In this document: piece after piece, positions 42,137 to 43,265 of the stretch
How positions within the stretch are numbered: position 1 is the first letter of the stretch
Layout: each line of letters begins with the position of its first letter
Source: Candidatus Woesearchaeota archaeon
GTDB taxonomy: Archaea; Nanobdellota; Nanobdellia; Pacearchaeales; GW2011-AR1
Length of the DNA: 43,265 bases
Direction: 5' to 3'
Assembly (NCBI GenBank): GCA_964372815.1
Contig: CAYJSG010000002.1
Location: 1-43,265 of the forward strand
The notes under the pieces: model-generated
Database searches by the model: none
What the model was told of the DNA's origin: nothing
The model's input: only the letters and a program-made list of their open reading frames with translations
Made by a program: the position numbers and the translations under genes

Positions 42137-42958
42137 ATAGCTTCATTCCTTCATAGATTAAATTATCAAACAAATGATGACTTCCTCCAATTAATCCCCA
42201 TGTAGCATTGTAACGATGCTCATTTATTCTATCAGGAGTACAACTTGCAATACCCTCTAACAAAGAAGACATAAAATTATTTGGATCAAGTCTGCCAAGC
42301 ATTTTTGTGCAATTTCTTCCTATTTCATAAATTTTATGATGGTCTTGAAAAACAACTCCTCCCAGTTTAGGAAAATTTTTATGCATTCTAACAAAAAAAT
42401 CTATTGCTTTCTCATTAGCCTTCCTGTAACCAGGCAGTGGAAAATAAGCATTAGCATTAATAATCTCTATAGCCTGAAAATTCTCTAAATATTCCTGATT
42501 TTTCTCAAAAAAATGTCCTGCTCCCCATATACTAAAAGGATGTACAATAAATAGCAAAGCTCCTTGTTCTTGTGCCTTATCCCTAACTCTTTTCCACATA
42601 ACATCTTTTCCCTTAGGAAAGGAGATATCTATCTTAGTCCCAGATGCAAGAAAATGCCCTATATCACACTCAACTTCATGTCCATTAACGATAAAAATAT
42701 ATTCTTCAGGATTTTCTCTACTCCTAACTAAAGTTGCTCTTCCATCAATATCTTCTTTCATGTATTTACGAGAAGGTTTTTTTATGAAATCCTCATATCT
42801 AAAATCATTACAAACAGGATCGCTATCAACTCCCAAAATTCCTCCAGAACCAAGTCTTTTTAATGTATAACATCTATTACTCTATCAAAATTGCCTCTAT
42901 ATTTCCACATTCCCAAATGACCATGTAAATCTGCATAAAAAAATTCTTTATCTGACAT
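42123..42958 (-). pseudogene. Putative metal-dependent phosphoesterase (PHP-like) with an N-terminal frameshift
   Basis: The ATG at 42958 gives MSDKEFFYADLHGHLGMWKYRGNFDRVIDVIH-stop. The frame then changes to ...TLKRLGSGGILGVDSDPV, continuing into the 237-aa ORF. The shift lies between about 42863 and 42881. Confidence 0.4.
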
Positions 42959-43009
42959 AAAAATAAGATATCAAATTTGTTTTTAAGATTATATATCTTA
43001 GATTATATA

Positions 43010-43264
43010 TTAATCTCTTTTTCTAATCTTCTCCCAAACCCAATTTACAAGGAAAAATTCTCGTCTGTGCATCATACCTTCATAAAGAATTGAATAAATA
43101 TCAAGCAAACAATGAAAAACCATTCCTAGAAAAATGTAAAAGAAACCAACCCATGAAATACTTAATAATCCGACTAAAATATGGAATTCTACCGTATGAA
43201 AAAGATGGAAGTCGCCTTTTCTTTTAATTCCTTTTTTCTTTTCTTCTCTAGCTTGTTTTAGCAT
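43010..43264 (-). CDS. Hypothetical membrane protein (at the window edge)
   Basis: 84-aa ORF with two hydrophobic segments and several His. The ATG is 1 nt from the window end, so the true start is uncertain. Confidence 0.35.
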   Translation of the reverse strand: MLKQAREEKKKGIKRKGDFHLFHTVEFHILVGLLSISWVGFFYIFLGMVFHCLLDIYSILYEGMMHRREFFLVNWVWEKIRKRD

Positions 43265-43265
43265 T

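Noticed and set aside
1-43265. tRNA, rRNA or other structured RNA genes
   Set aside because: The intergenic regions are short and AT-rich. I could not read any cloverleaf-like or GC-rich stem-rich segment in them, for example in 7213-7300, 16429-16592 or 18007-18157. I did not scan formally, so small ncRNAs cannot be excluded.

Overview
This is a visibly AT-rich 43 kb window, densely coding on both strands, with many 4-18 nt gene overlaps and no rRNA, tRNA or CRISPR that I can support. It reads as a cell-envelope glycan and surface-decoration island.

Origin: about 15 operon-leading genes carry a TTTAAATA/TTTATAAA box 22-32 nt upstream of the ATG and have no Shine-Dalgarno. This is the signature of leaderless archaeal promoters, so I infer a small-genome (DPANN-like) archaeon. 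That is inference only.

Modules from left to right:
1. NDP-heptose-like sugar activation (SDR epimerase, GmhB-like phosphatase, HddC-like nucleotidyltransferase, a nucleotidyltransferase-CBS-GHMP kinase fusion, two IMPase paralogs).
2. A decaying VapBC-like double cassette sitting between YD-repeat gene fragments.
3. DegT aminotransferase plus 2-hydroxyacid dehydrogenase.
4. A Wzx-like flippase followed by the DUF4956 / CotH / VTC-domain triad.
5. P-loop kinase, methyltransferase and a CDP-alcohol phosphatidyltransferase.
6. A wHTH-MNT/HEPN pair plus a frameshifted IS6-like element.
7. A five-gene, translationally coupled phosphonate (PEP mutase / phosphonopyruvate decarboxylase) operon. It is led by an AbrB-like domain fused to a degenerate cytidylyltransferase and is preceded by a palindrome.
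8. Large sequon-rich surface proteins (LamG plus beta-helix; dockerin plus Cys-rich modules).
9. GT9, carbamoyltransferase, SGNH hydrolase and SxtJ/SxtK-like small proteins, including a 52-aa ORF absent from the ORF track.
10. RmlC-like epimerase, methyltransferase, a second DegT, GT2, HAD and Gmd.

The best candidates for new biology are the phosphonate operon with its putative regulator, the DUF4956/CotH/VTC triad, and the nucleotidyltransferase-CBS-kinase fusion. All functional calls come from motifs read by eye. No database search was run.
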